From positions 63,550,001 through 63,614,000 of the forward strand of contig NC_083417.1 in assembly GCF_020745735.1 (NCBI RefSeq): a DNA stretch of 64,000 bases, given 5' to 3'. The translations under genes were made by a program, and so were the position numbers. Within the stretch, counting starts at the first letter, position 1. The number at the start of each line of letters is the position of its first letter. The notes beneath the pieces were generated by a model. The model was given only the letters and a program-made list of their open reading frames with translations. It searched no databases and was not told the origin of the DNA. The stretch comes from Hemiscyllium ocellatum. Taxonomy: Eukaryota. Shown here piece after piece: positions 33,970 to 47,989 of this stretch.

Positions 33970-35679
33970 CATCGATGGATAACATGGATAGAAGATGAGC
34001 TGGCTGGCAAGTGGAAAGTAGGAAATGCTTTCATGCATCTTTTTCTGAATTTTTAAATGTGATATTTGGGATTCTGTAGTGGTTTATGCTGGTACTTCCT
34101 CTTTTTATAGTTCATATCAATGACTTGGATGAGGGAAGGGAAGGCCTTCTAGCTATGGTTGCATGTTACATAAAGATAGTCAGAAAAGTATGTCCTGAAG
34201 AAGATATAAGGAACTTTCAATCAGATATTCATAGATTGACTGAGTGGCCAACAATCTGACAGAAGAAATATAATGTGAAGCTGTTCACTTTGGTAGGTAG
34301 AATTTTAAAAAAAGCTGAGTACTATTTAAATGGAGAATGACTGGTGAATTCTAAGGTGGGGAGGGATCTAGGTGCTCTAATAGAAGTCAAAAATGTTAGT
34401 GCACAGGTAATTAAGTCCAGTGGAATGCTATCCTTAAAAATATAACTCCTAAAATAAGAATTTATGCTTCAGTAACATAGGGCATTTGTGAGACAACGTT
34501 TTAAACACAATAAGTAGTTTTGGTCTCTTTATATAAGGATGTAGGGGTGTAAAGATATAAATGCACTTGAAGTGGTTCAGAGGAGATTTACTAGATTGAT
34601 GCCTTCAATGACCATGTTGTCTTTTGAGGTTATGTTGGGCAGGTTGGGATTGTATCCACTGGACTTCTGAAGAGTGAGGATCACTTGATTGAAGATTATT
34701 TATTTTTCTTTGGGCGGTGGGGGTTTGGTTCTGCAACTTTAATAATCTTGGCCTCAAAAAGTAAATAAAGCAGGGCCATTGGGTATTTTTAAGGTAGAGT
34801 TAGGTAGATTCTTGTGAGCCAAAGAAATTAAATACTGTTGAGGATAAACAGGAGTATAGAATTTGAAACAAACAAACTGGCTGTTAACTTATTGAGTGGT
34901 GCAGCAGGTTTGAAGGGCTGAATAGGCTTCTCATCCAATTTTGTGCATATATGTGTTCTTAGTTTCACCCATTTGAAGTTTTATTTGCTCTTTCACATGC
35001 AGTGCTCAGAATTCAACTGATTATTAAATACTAGGCATTGCTCATTTCAGTGCCCTAGCCATGTACACTTTGTAGAGTTTCAGTTTCCATTTTATATTTA
35101 ATAGAATAATTATTTTACCTTATTAGTACCATGTGCACAGAATTCTAATACCCATTCACATCACTGTCCAGAATTCTTTATCTTTTATTTTCCAGCGAGC
35201 AGGATCTAGTGCTCAATTTCTATCCCATTCAACTGTTAATTTGTCACCAAATATACACATTTTATTGCATTCTAAATACTCGTGGTTCAAAACCGTATAT
35301 TTTTATGTTAAATCACATTATACAGTTATACTAACTTAAAAATTGCAATCATTGTCAGGGATAACATACTAAGTAATGTTTATAATTATAAAGAGCATAG
35401 ATGAAAAAGATTCTTTTATAATCTGTTCACCTTAGCAAAGGGTCAACATGCAGACTGCACAAGTTTAACCTTGTAGAAGAACTGGAAAGGAAATAAGAAA
35501 ACGGTTTCACCCAGAGGATGGTAGGAATCTGGAAGTCACTGTCTGTAATTTGAGACAGCAAATTATACATTTGAAAACTATTTTCAAATATTGTGACACA
35601 TCAGGGAGGGAGAGAGTTACCTGTACATTGTGTTTCAGGAGACAGTTGCACCACTTAGACTAACTTACTAACTCACATT

Positions 35680-37560
35680 TGGCCAGTGGTCAGGGACAGG
35701 TGTGTGTAGCTGTGAGTGAGGCAGGTAGAGGATCCAGGAGATAGGTTGCAGGAGCCTCAGCCTCTGTACTTGTCCGACAGGTTCAAGACTCTTGCTCCCT
35801 GTATGGACAGGTTTGGGGACTGGAGGAAGGATGAGCTAACTGACAGCAGCATCATGGTTCAGGGAGTTATCAAGGTGGGGAGATAGAAGAGAAATGTTTT
35901 ATTTGGAGATAGAATAGTTAGGGCATTGGATACTGTTCTCTGTGACCAGGATCGAGAGTCTCAAAATTTGTATTGCCTACCTGGTGCTTGGGTTCGAGAT
36001 ATCTAATCTGGGCTGCAGATTCAGTGGTCATGTACCACATAGGTACCAAAGACTAGTTAAAACTAGGGCAGATGTTCTGCTAAGGTACTACGAACAGCTG
36101 GGAGCTAAATTAAAAAACAGAACCAAAAAGGCAATGATCTCTGAATTACCATCTGAGCCGGTAATTGGCACAGCCTCAATAGGATTATGCAGATAAATGT
36201 GTGGCTCAAATATTGGTATGGAAGAAATGGGTTTGAATTCATGTGCATTGGCTCCAGTACTGGGGGAGAAGGGACCTGTTCTGATGGGATGGTCTTCATC
36301 TGAATTGTGCTGGGATCAGAATCATAGTGAATTGCATAATGAGGTCTGTAAGGGATTTAAACTAAATGAGGTTGGGAGGGAGAGAATTCAGTTATCAGGG
36401 CAATTAGAAACCCAATTTAAGGGAGACAGAAAGAGTGCAGGTTAGTGATGTGGCAGATGTTATCAGACGATAAAGGTGAGGGATGGAACAGGTGAATATT
36501 TATATGCACCAAGGAATTATATAAAAGTAGGGAAATTTAACCGTGGAACAAATTTTAAAGCTTTATATATAAAATGCACAAAGCATTCAAAACAAGTTAA
36601 TTGATTTACTTGCACAAAAACAAACAAATGGGAATGATTTGGTAATGATTACAGACACATAGTTACAAGGAGACCAAATCTGGGAATTGAATATCAAGGG
36701 TACTCAGCACTTCAGAAAGGTAGATTCAAAGGGAAAGGAGGAGGTGTAACCTTGCTGGTGAAGGAATGGATCAATGTTCATGCTGACATAAGAATGGGAG
36801 ATCACAATATAGATTTAGCCTGGGTAGAAACAAAAAAAAGCGAAGGGAAGAAGTATTTGGTAGGAGTAATCCAAAGGTCCCCAAAAAGTGATTCTGCAGT
36901 GGGGCACAGTATAAACTATGAAATGCAAGAAACTGTGCAAGAACGGTATGACAGTAATCATGGGTGATTTTAACATGCACATAGATTGGAAGAATCAAAT
37001 TGGCAACAGTAGCCTAGAGGCAGAGTTCATTGAATGTATTAGAGATTGTTTCTTGGAACAGCATGTTCTTCTTAGATTTCCTACAGTGTGGAAACAGGCC
37101 CTTCAGCCCAACAAGTCCACACTGACCCTCCGAAGAGCAACCCACCCAGACCCATTCCCTTACATTTACCCCTGCACCTAACATTACGGGCAATTTGGCA
37201 TGGTCAGTTCACCAAACCTGCACATCTTTGGATGATTCCCAGAGGAAACCCACACAGGCACAGGGAGAATGTGCAAACTCCACGCAGCCAGCTGCCCAAG
37301 ACGGGAATTGAACCTGGGTCTCTGGAGCTGTGAGGCAGCATTGCTAACCACTGAGCCACCGTGCCACCCCAATCAGGGAGAAGGCTACTCTGGATGTGGT
37401 ATTGTGTAATGAGGCGGCATTATCGATGGCATCACAGTTGAGGATCCTCTTGGGAGTAGTGACCATCGATTGAAGGGATATGGAGGAAAGGCAGCAAAAT
37501 GGGGGTGAGGAACATATCAGCTATAATTGAATCGCAGAGCAGACTTGATGGGCTGAATGG
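35680..37560 (+). mobile_element. CR1 LINE fragment (ORF1 esterase-like region, APE region, 3' UTR) with inserted SINE
   Basis: TGCCTACCTGGTGCTTGGGTTCGAGATATC gives CLPGAxVRDI; VIMGDFNMHIDWKNQIG..EFIECIRDCFLEQHV is the endonuclease C-terminus. Confidence 0.8.
37075..37370 (-). mobile_element. V-SINE
   Basis: Reverse-complement head GGGTGGCACGGTGGCTCAGTGGTTAGC; inserted right after EQHV of the CR1. Confidence 0.85.
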
Positions 37561-38454
37561 CCTAATTCTTCTCCTATATTTTATGATCTTATGAACCTAT
37601 TTGGACTCCTCCAATAAGAAATGTGACCTGTAACCCTAGGGAACATGCACAGGAAGATGGGATGAGGCTGAATGGCTTCTCATGATTGGCACAGTCAAGA
37701 TAGGTCAAATGTTCTTCTGTTTCATAAATGTTCTATGATGCTATGTATATAATTTGCATTTTCTGGTACATGTATCATTAGTAAGTTATTTATACTGCTT
37801 TCTTGTACCAAACATCATTTGTTATCATCAGTTGTATTCCAATTACATTCTTTGTTTGATACTGTTATGGTAATTGAATTAAAATATAATAAAGATATAA
37901 TCAACTTTATTTTTGTTTGTGAATTCTTTTACCACATTTCATCACTTACACTTTTTAAAAAAAACACATGTTGGAGAAACTCAGCAGGTCTAATAATCAT
38001 CTGAGGCAAAACAGAGTTAACATTTCAGCCTCAGTGTAATTTTTGTTAAGAAGAACGGTCATTCAGGACTCAGTGTTAACTCTGCTTCTCTCCACACACA
38101 AGCTGCTGAACCTGCTGAATTTCTCCAGCACTTTGTTTGTAGTTTGGATTCCCAATATTTGAAATGATTTGCTTTTATTTACAAGAATTCATACCCAGTT
38201 TTTTGGTTGCAGTAAGTAGTCCCTCAGAAGCTTTCACTATTTCTGACTTTGGGATGTTGACCCAAGATTAAAGACCAATGAGCAATTTATCAACCTATAA
38301 TTTATGCAAAAAAAAGAAAGCTACTGTCATCTGTGAAACATGCATCATAAAAGCCTACTTTCAGTGCAAGTTTTTAACCCATTACTCTTTGTTCCAACTT
38401 ATTCCACACAAACAAAACTATGCACTGGATTACAGTGATCACTCTCTGGCCTGA

Positions 38455-39650
38455 GTGGTGGAATTTTCCTCTCAGAGCCTATCGTTTCAAGAGTGGCATC
38501 AAAACAGATGTAAATGGCTGTACACTTTCTCAAATTTGATCAACCTACTGCATTTAGCAGCAGAATCCTACCTTTTTGTCATTTGGAGACAGAACATGCC
38601 CTGACAAATTTGATGTGATTACAGATCATAGAGCTGAAATCTGTTTTTGAATCTGCAAGTTTCCTTTTCTACCGAGGTCCCATCTCACTGTCTGATTTCA
38701 AAATGTTGATACATTGTTATATGCAAAGACCATAGGGCAAGATTTTTGGGATGGTTGCAATTTTCATGACTTGCATCCTAAAGTGGCTACAGGGAATGCA
38801 TTTGCTGAAATGGGCTGCCCTACAGACATTTATTGCTCCAAAGAGCATTAATTCATTGGTGAGGAATTTTCACACCTCACTTGCAAAGCATTCTGTGACT
38901 GTCAACACGACAGATTCAGCAATGCCGTTAGAAGTAGTGGCCAGCACTGGGACTACAAGTGATACCAGATAAATGTGGGTGGTGTTACGGTAACCAACTC
39001 TTATGAAAGAAAGTAAAGCATTGTTTGACCATGGGCATGGGATTAAGATTTTCTGGTAACTGTGAGAGCACCATAGGTAGGGTTTCTATGGTGAGTGTAA
39101 ATAGAAGAAACAAGGATAAGAGAAGAATCACAGAGATAGTCTCCCACAGACTGCCATGAAATAAATGGGAAGAAGCCATTCATGAGGAATGTGGAATCAA
39201 GGATAATTCCTTAAAACCCAGGAAGATGGTCACCTAGATTTACTTAGGGTTGGGGAGAGATGGGTGCAGGTCTTGATGGAGAAATGTGGGCATTTGGAAG
39301 AAACAGCCACACTGGGTGTACTTTGTTTGGGAGGTGAACACCTGCCGTGGAAAAAAGGGCTGTTGAGGGAGACATGTCTCATCTGAGAACTGAACAGAAT
39401 GACTTGGTGTGCATTCCCATCCTCTTAAATGCCACCTGCCAGACTCAAACTTGAGGATAGGGAGAAATGGCCTGAAGTGGTCATCGATTGACAACTCAAG
39501 GGCCTCAATTGTGGAAAGGGCAGGTAGACTAGCGTAGGCCTCACCCATCTCTAGTATTATTGACAGAGTGTGGTGAGCCATTCATGGAATTCTAGGTGCA
39601 CTCCAGCCTGCGAACCCACTGAGGGGGAGCTGTAAACTTGGACCGATGGT
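38455..39650. mobile_element. Possible non-autonomous Harbinger-related element
   Basis: GGTGGAATTTTCC-like end and AAGGGCCTCAATTGTGGAAAGGGCAGG motif seen in elasmobranch MITE-like repeats; weak transposase-like remnants. Boundaries uncertain. Confidence 0.3.
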
Positions 39651-40461
39651 TTCTCTTCAACTGACTTCTTGAAAGTACTCAGTTGTTACTTGCACATGTT
39701 CCAAATTCTAACATTAATGCTACTTGTATTCGTGTAAAACTTCTTTGTAAATGAGTGAAAATAAGGAGTTTGCAAATGGATTAACATCCTTTCTATTTTC
39801 ATTTCAAAGTTTCTTAAACTTACAAAATAATTCCCATGTTTATCTGAGAATCCCAATAATAATTTTAAGATACCATTGAATGAACATTTTTGCCTACATT
39901 CCATATGTTAATAATATCCATGAACAGCTTTTAATCAATTGTTGGACGTCACTGAATATGTGATGAAAGACATTTTGAATCCTTTGTTTTTGTGAAGCTG
40001 TGAAGAGTGATTCTGCCCTTCCTGTGTCCAAAGTCACTTGGATGGCTATGTGTCTCCCATTAGCTGGTGCCCAGCACTTTTTCCACCTCTTCCTGTGCTG
40101 CAAATGCTCAACACAGGAACCAATGGATTTTCTACCCTTGTGTAACTGGTGAGCAATATCATTTGTATCCTTTCATTGTCATCTAACTAAAGGTCTAGGC
40201 CTAAAGATCTTTGCTTCTGTTTTGAGTGAAAGTTGAAGATTGTCCCTATTGTATTTCTGGTGGCTAGTTTTCTCACAGGTATACTTCAACAGCCTGCCAA
40301 CTGCTGATGTTATTTCTATTTTACGCTGATTATTTGCAATCCCATGCCAGGTTTCCCAATCATAGATTGGGAAAACTTTAATCAATATTAATCTTAGGTA
40401 TCCCAGGATGTTGTCAAGTTTTTGAGCAGCATAAATCATTAAATTAATGGCATGCACTCTT

Positions 40462-42170
40462 GAAAATATACATTGGACTTAAATTGCGCAAACAACGATT
40501 GGATGAAGTTGGCTGAGAACCAGCAGACCAAACCAGTTTGCTGAAGTGATCTGCCCTTCAACCACTTTTAATGTAATACACACTTTTGAGATGAATATCC
40601 ACTTTGGCAATCTCAGTTGACACCGGATGGCTGGCATTACGAAGCCCAACTGCTCAAGCGATTGTGTGGATTCAGGCAACGAACTCTTGCATTGCTTTGC
40701 AAGTCAGCAAACATCAAGATATAGGAATGTGCCCTACATTGACATTCCTTAAGTAACTAGAGAACTAAATTGCAGATAAGGTATTTTCGAAAGTCTTCTG
40801 CTTTTATAATGTGTGTGGACTAATTCAGAATTATTTTGGGTGTGTTGTGAGTTCTTAGATTGCCAGTGAGTGTTCTTTCATCGCTGTTGGTTGGAGGAGG
40901 AATAATAAGTGAACATTTTACATGAGATCGGTCAATAGCAGTGAAAGTGCTTCTGTGTCTGCATCATTACAAAGCAATAGATCCAGTTTTACTTGATGCC
41001 CCCTATCATGGTTGGAGCAGACTTTGCCATGCTCCTTCCAGTGCCTGGAACTGGCAGGCCAGCCAATGCAAAAAGCAGATCTCTCCATTAGCACTCTAAT
41101 GCTTTGCCCAATCCTTAAAGGTGGTATGGGAGGCTTCCATATCAGAAATCATTTCCAGTGAGCTGGCAAATCAATCATCCTTCAACTAACCTGGCTGCAA
41201 TTCATCCCCATCTATGGTCAGATGATTGAGCATAAGCTGATATTCAATGCATACTTATCTTCAAGTTATGTGCAGTGTTAATAACTGTGCTCGTGGCTTT
41301 GACTGTCATCTCAAAGGATTGTGAATCTCATTCGTGCTGTGGTGTTCCTATCTTTCTGTTTGGGCTCTGTGAGTGTGTAGGTAGCAGCCCTAGGGTACCT
41401 GAAAGCAATAATTGAGAGAAGGAAAGTTGTTGTGACGGAAAGTTAGTAGAGTGGGAAGCAATAGTCACTCATTTGGTTGTTTGCAGGATTTGGATGTCTG
41501 TGCATTGATAACAGGAGTAAGGCAGAAACATACAATCATCCTTAATATTCTCAGAATTCTAGATGATGGGTCACCATAACAGCCTGGTGTTGCGTGCTTT
41601 TTAACATTGTACACCCCAGTCCAACACCAGCTGATCACTTGATAATATACATTGGACCTAAACTGTGCGAACAACAATTGGCTGACGTTGGCTGAGAATA
41701 AGTAAACCAAAGCCAGTTTGCTGAAGTGATCTGCACTTCAAGCCACTTTTGATGTGATACACACTTTTGAGAAAGGTATCCACTTTGGCGATCTCAGGTG
41801 ATACTGGATGGCTGACCCAACTGCTCAAGTGAATTGCATGGGTTCAGGCAATGAACTCTTGCATTTCTTTGCAAGCTTGCAAATGTCAAGATATAGGAAT
41901 GTGCCCTGCATTGACGTTACTTAAGTAACTAGCGAACTAAATTGTGGCTAAGGTATTTTTGAACGTCTTCTGCTATTATCACGTATGTGGACTAATCCAG
42001 AATTATTTTGGATGTGTTGTGACTTCTTAGATTGCCAGAGAGTGTTCCTTCATCGCCGTTGGTTGGAGAAGGAATAATAAGTGAACATTTTACATGAGAT
42101 CGATCAACAGGTGTGGAAGTGCTTCTGTGTCTGCATCATTACAAGGTGATAGATCCAATTTTACCTGATG
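40462..42170. repeat. Two direct copies of an approximately 530-bp unit (40462-40998 and 41644-42170)
   Basis: Colinear similarity of roughly 80% by eye, from AATATACATTGGAC to GATCCAxTTTTACxTGATG, separated by about 650 bp. Confidence 0.88.
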
Positions 42171-43558
42171 TCTTCTATAATGTTCAGAGTGATTGTACAA
42201 CTCTGTGTAATGCTGAACAAATGGCTGGAGGTATGCAAGCATGGTGTGATGCTGGCAACATGAATAGCTGTATGATAATAGTGGAATTTCTGAATATTAG
42301 GCACAAAACTGAATTTCAGGAAGTATAGCTGGTGAGTGATGAGGATGTGGTGGATTGAGCACCTTGAATGACTGTTGCTGTTGTTAGTATGTAGATAGAT
42401 ATCATGTAAAAATGCGTTTATTGACCTTTAGCATTTAGTCTTATGACATTGTGGTCTTATGACATCAGAAATTGCTCTTCCTGGCCACTTACTCTCAGTC
42501 CGTTCATAGGATGACTGTTGAGGGCCTGGTATCTTGTGACATCATGGTACTCTCCTCCTGCTTACCTCCACCACTAATACCTCTAGAAATACATTCATCA
42601 ATTTGGAATCCTACCTGTCTTGTTCCATTTTCGATCATTTGATTTATTCTAGTATTATTCAATGAAGTTGCTCTTTAAAAACAAGAATGCTTTCTTCACC
42701 ACATAACATCAGTATAACCCAGAGGCAATGAACAGTATTGGGAAGAGCACTCAATCCCATGCTGTAAACCTAGTAATGAGAAGCTCTAAGGGAATGGGTG
42801 TGGGCAATCCTCAATCACATGCCCTGCACTCACAGGTTTTGGAGAAGAAGATGTTTTAGCCATATATACATTAACATTTGGATATCAGGAGATCAAGATA
42901 CCATAATCTTAGATGCAGCTCGATATATAAGCATGTTATAATGCTCGTGAATTAATTCCTCTCTCAATATGCATACTAAACCATTTGCAATAACTGGGCT
43001 AAGAACTTAATTCATACAGCAAATATATTATCCTCCTTTCTCACAAGGAACACCAAGATTCATTGAATGTCTCTTCCCTTCTTGACAGGGGAAGATAGTA
43101 TGTAAGATTAAGATTTTACACCATTAACTTAGCTAGCTGGGTATTGTTCTTGACTCAATGTTGGCATTGACACCAAATAGTACCTCCATCTTGGGAGCCA
43201 TCATGTTCAATTCTGACCTTGTTTCCATTTAAACGTTTTAACTGAATGGAAAATATTTTGTTGTGTTGGATAGGTTCAAACATTTTGGTGCTATAAATAA
43301 ATGAAACCACTTGAATTCTTTCACTGCTTTTTTCTGCATTTGGCAGAAAACCAGATTGTGCAATTCTAATCAGTAGAGAGATTGTGCAATTGAACAATTG
43401 TAGGTCAGCTATGAAGCTACTGTTTCCTGCCACTCTGCCCCAAAGATTGAGTGATATAGACTCAATAAACCTAGAAGAGTGTGCAATAATACTTTATTTA
43501 TGATTTTAATGGAGACATTTGTTATGTCCTGGCTTAACTTGAGCACAATATGAATGAT

Positions 43559-45359
43559 GTTCGCCGAGCTGGGAGTTTTTGTTGCAAACGTTTCATCCCC
43601 TTTCTAGGTGACATCCTCAGTGCTTGGGAGCCTCCTGTGAAGCGCTTCCGTGCTGATTTCTCCAGCATTTATAGTGGTTTGAATCTGCCGCTTCCAGTTG
43701 TCAGTTGTTGTCCGCTGCAGTGGCCAGTATGTAGGGTCTAGGTCGATGAGTCTGTTGATAGAATTTGTGGATGAGTGCCATGCCTCTCGGAATTCCCTGG
43801 CTGTTCTCTGTTTGGCTTGCCCTATAATAGTGGTGTTGTCCCAATCGAATTCATGTTGTTTGTCATCTGAGTGTATGGCTACTAAGGATAGCGGGTTGTG
43901 TCGTTTCGTGGCTAGTTGGCGTTCATGGATGCAGGTTGTTAGCTGTCTTCCTGTTTGTCCTATGTAATGTTCTGTGCAGTCCTTGCATGGGATTTTGTAC
44001 ACTACATTGGTTTTGCTCATGCTGGGTATCGGGTCCTTTGTCCTGTTGTGCTGCAGTGTGTTCTGGCCCTTTTGAATAATGTCCTGATGCAACTTCGTTT
44101 GTCTGTGTTAGGGTGGTTGCTTTCATAGTTCAGGACTTGGTCTGTGTGTGTGGCTTTTCTGTACACCTTCATGGTGAATTCTCCGTTTGGTGTTCTCTGT
44201 ACCATCACGTCTAGGACTGGGAGCTGGTTGTCCTTTTCTTCCACTCTCGTGAATCGGATTCCTGTGAGTGTGGCGTTGATGATCCGGTGTGTGTTTTCCA
44301 GTTCTATGTTTTTAATGATTACAGAACTGGAGAATACACACCGGATCATCAACGCCACACTCACAGGAATCTGATTCACGAGAGAGGAAGAAAAGGACAA
44401 CCAGCTCCCATTCCTAGACGTGATGGTACAGAGAACACCGAACGGAGAATTCACTATGACGGTATACAGAAAAGCCACACACACAGACCAAGTCCTGAAC
44501 TATGAAAGCAACCACTCCAACACACAAACAAAGTTGCATCAGGAAATTATTCAAAAGGGCCACAACACACTGCAGCACACCAGAACTACAAAAAGAGGAA
44601 GAAGAACATCTATACAAGGTGTTCACCAAAAACGGATACCCGCGCAATTTTATCAACAGATGCCTAAGGGAAAGACAACGAGATGAGGACATGCCACAAC
44701 CCAAAAGACTGGCCACACTCCCATACATCAGGAGCATTTCTGAACTGACAGCCAGACTGCTGTGACCGCTAGGACTCATAACAGCACACAAACCAATAGC
44801 CACGCTCGGACAACAACTCACCAGGACAAAGGACTCGATGCTCAGCATGAGCAAAACCAATGTAGTGTACAAAATCCCATGCAAGGACTGCACAAAACAC
44901 TACATAGGACAAACAGGAAGACAGCTAACGATCCGCATCCATGAACACCAACTAGCCAGGAAACGACACGACCAGCTATCCTTAGTAGCTATACACTCAG
45001 ACGACAAACAACATGAATTTGATTGGGACAACACCACTATTATAGAGCAAGCCAAACAGAGAACAACCAGGGAATTCTGAGAGGCATGGCACTCATCCAC
45101 AAATTCTATCAACAGACACATCGACCTAGACCCTACATACCGGCCACTGCAGCGGACAACAACTGACAACCGGAAGCGGCAGATTCAAACCACTATAAAT
45201 GCCGGAGGAATCAGCACAGAAGCGCTTCACAGGAGGCTCCCAAGCACTGAGGATGTCACCTAGAAAGGGGACGAAATGTTTGCAACAAAAACTCCCAGCT
45301 TGGCGAACAGAACCACAACAACGAGCACCCGAGCTTCAAATCTTCTCACAAACTTTGAA
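43559..45359. mobile_element. Head-to-head Penelope-like insertion (RT C-terminus plus GIY-YIG) with degraded 13-bp TSD
   Basis: The minus arm 43559-44322 mirrors the plus arm 44321-45307. NVVYKIPCKDCTKHYIGQTGRQL..RIHEH (GIY-YIG) is present on both arms. Flanks are CAATATGAATGAT and CAAGATGAATAAT. Confidence 0.92.
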
Positions 45360-47324
45360 CAAGATGAATAATATTATCTGCTTCAAGATTATCAAGCTAA
45401 CTTCATTAATCAGAAAATGTGTTATATGTAGTACAGGGCACCCAAGGTGTACACTCAATCTCATTGATGAACTCAAAAACACATCTGAACAACAAAATAG
45501 TATCAGATATTTTGTAGTGTGTTAGCAGTTATGTTCATTTTTAGATCCAAGTTTATATAGACACAAAATAAGCTACAATTGAATATCAAATTTTCAGCCA
45601 TCCTTAAGACAATTTTCTACAGCTAAAACAAAAAAAACTCAATTCTCGAGTCTAAAATTAAACATTAGTTACTCTACGTGGAATGTGCCTTCACTTTCAC
45701 AGAACTGGATTTCATTGTTATAATACTGAAGCTTGGATGAATTGATTAAATATTAGAGCCTGATAGCTACAAGTATATCTTAGTTTCTTCGAAATACAGA
45801 CAAATTGTTTGAAGAATAACTCAGCCCCCGAAAAATCAAAGTACATATTTGTCAGAGGTATTACTACCATTTATCACTGATAATCATTCCATTTGGCACT
45901 TATGTCTTCCTTTCATTGTCGCAAACTGGACTATATTTTCCAAGATGTTAGTTAACCAATTTTAATGTATTATAAATTTACCACAGATACTAGTCTTACT
46001 TTTATATGAAGATTAGTAATGAAGTGAACAGAAGTGGTTCCTATTGTGGAGGAAATTGAACAACAGTTTCTGACCCTTACACATGCACAACTAAAGAGAA
46101 ATCCAGAAATTGCTGAAGCAGGCCCTTCCACAAACTTTGCTAAATTTCATTTGTGGCACAGATGGAACCAATTTATATTCTTGAATGTGTGCTTGCTCTC
46201 TAGAGCAATGGGTCTAATCAAACCCATTTCTGCTGTTATATCCCTATTTGCTCTTATCAAATTTGTCATGTGGATTCTTCAATGTAGTTTGTTGAAGAGT
46301 CATGTTGTTATCTTCCTTGCTAATACATGCCATAGATTTTGCATAGAAGCTGCTATGCTGGATCAGACAAATGTGAAAGCAATATCCACTCAAAAGCCAT
46401 CAAAACAATCTGTGTATAACATGGAGGATGGGAAATAGTGAGTACTTCTCCTTCCTTCTCCTTTCATGACAAATTCGAATCATAAATGGAACCAGAGTGC
46501 ATTGTTCCATTTCACTCTTAGAGAACATTTCCCATTTTCTCTCCTTTAAGAGTCAATATACCAAATGATTTTTTTTTCAGCATTGACCATTTTCAACTAG
46601 CTTTACTGGATGGTCAGTTTAGAATAATATAAACTGTGAATAGCAACGCACTGTTGAATTGCAGATGGAAAATCACTCTAATCTGGTTCTAACTTGACAC
46701 AGATGGAATCATTTTCTGCTATGATTAATGTTTCAAAACATGTATTACATTAAAACCAAATTGTGCATTTGCCCCTTGTATCATTGCCCTAAATTTGGTG
46801 AGTTGATAGTGCTATGTCTAAGTCCAAGAGCAATGAGGTCAGCTATAAAACCTACTATGCTTGTGATAAGTTTAGATATGCTAAAACTAAGCATTGAACT
46901 TGAGACTTCTTGTTCTGCATGGTTTAATTTTTATGTTTGTTTATAAACTAAACCATGGAGGAGTGAATGAATGGAATCTGAGCTGATGCTAGTAACAATG
47001 AAGCTAATGGATTGTCCAAATATTCATTTCTATTTTCAGCCAAGTATGACACTATCTCTATATTATTGTGGTTGGTTCATAACTGCACTCTAAAATAATG
47101 TGACAAGTATTCAGTCATATCAATCCGCTACAACAAATTCTAATAGTTCAAAAAAAAAGCACACAATCATATTGTCAGGGTGATTTATGTGGAATACATT
47201 CTTGCTTTACTGGAGAAGTCTACATCCAAGAATGCTTCTCCTTGAAAGGTTTATGATAAAACATATGTTTCAAGTAGAGGTTATAAACTAAACTTGCATT
47301 TTTTTTTACTTCTCTTGGTGGAGG

Positions 47325-47485
47325 CTAGTACAATTGCAACATTTAAAAAGCATCTGGTACATGAATAGGAAGGGTTTGAGGGATATGGGCTGGGTGCTGG
47401 CAGGTGGAACTAGATTGGCCTGGTCGGCATTGACAAGTTGGACCGAAGGGTCTATTTCCACACTGTTCATCGTAATGACTCTATA
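47325..47485 (+). mobile_element. CR1/HER1 LINE 3' end
   Basis: GGAGGCTAGTACAATTGCAACATTTAAAAAGCATCTGG...GGACCGAAGGG. Confidence 0.75.
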
Positions 47486-47989
47486 GTGACAAATGAGTTA
47501 ACTGTCATAATGTTTCCCATTGCTGTTTTAAAATGCTGTCATTTGCCAAAAAAAAGGAAGCAGCTGCAGTTTCAACTTGTGCGGTTTGTGTTATAGTTCA
47601 GAGGCCTTCTAAATTGTTTTTGCCTGTTGTTTAGAGATATTTATCTTGTGCTATTCAGCTTTAAGGAAATGGCCAAATATTGAGGTCACTTCGTTACAAC
47701 ACAGGAAGCAAAATACACATCCTTTTCCTTTCTTAGTGTCATGTTCCCTCAATATATTCATAACACACAGCTGGAGACAAACTGTCTATCAAATGGAATA
47801 AAATAAATCCTGATCACACAGAAAATTCAATCCACACACCCAAAAGTTTTAAGATCACATTCATAAAAATCAGAACCTCCACCACCCAGAAAGTCAAACT
47901 CCTGATTCAAATAAGAAGCAATCTCATAAAGAACGTCAATACAAATTTTTTTAAAAAAAGTATCAGATCCAAAGCATTCAATCCTCCCT

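Larger units (their letters stand above)
32500..34950 (+). mobile_element. Degraded CR1 LINE (RT to 3' UTR) interrupted by a solo LTR
   Basis: DFQKKFDNVPHKRL precedes the insertion; ..WIEDELAG and YINDLDEG motifs follow it. Confidence 0.7.

Noticed and set aside
46034-46438. 134-aa plus-strand ORF in non-repeat sequence
   Set aside because: GTG start, no Ig or other domain hallmarks, no convincing splice sites.
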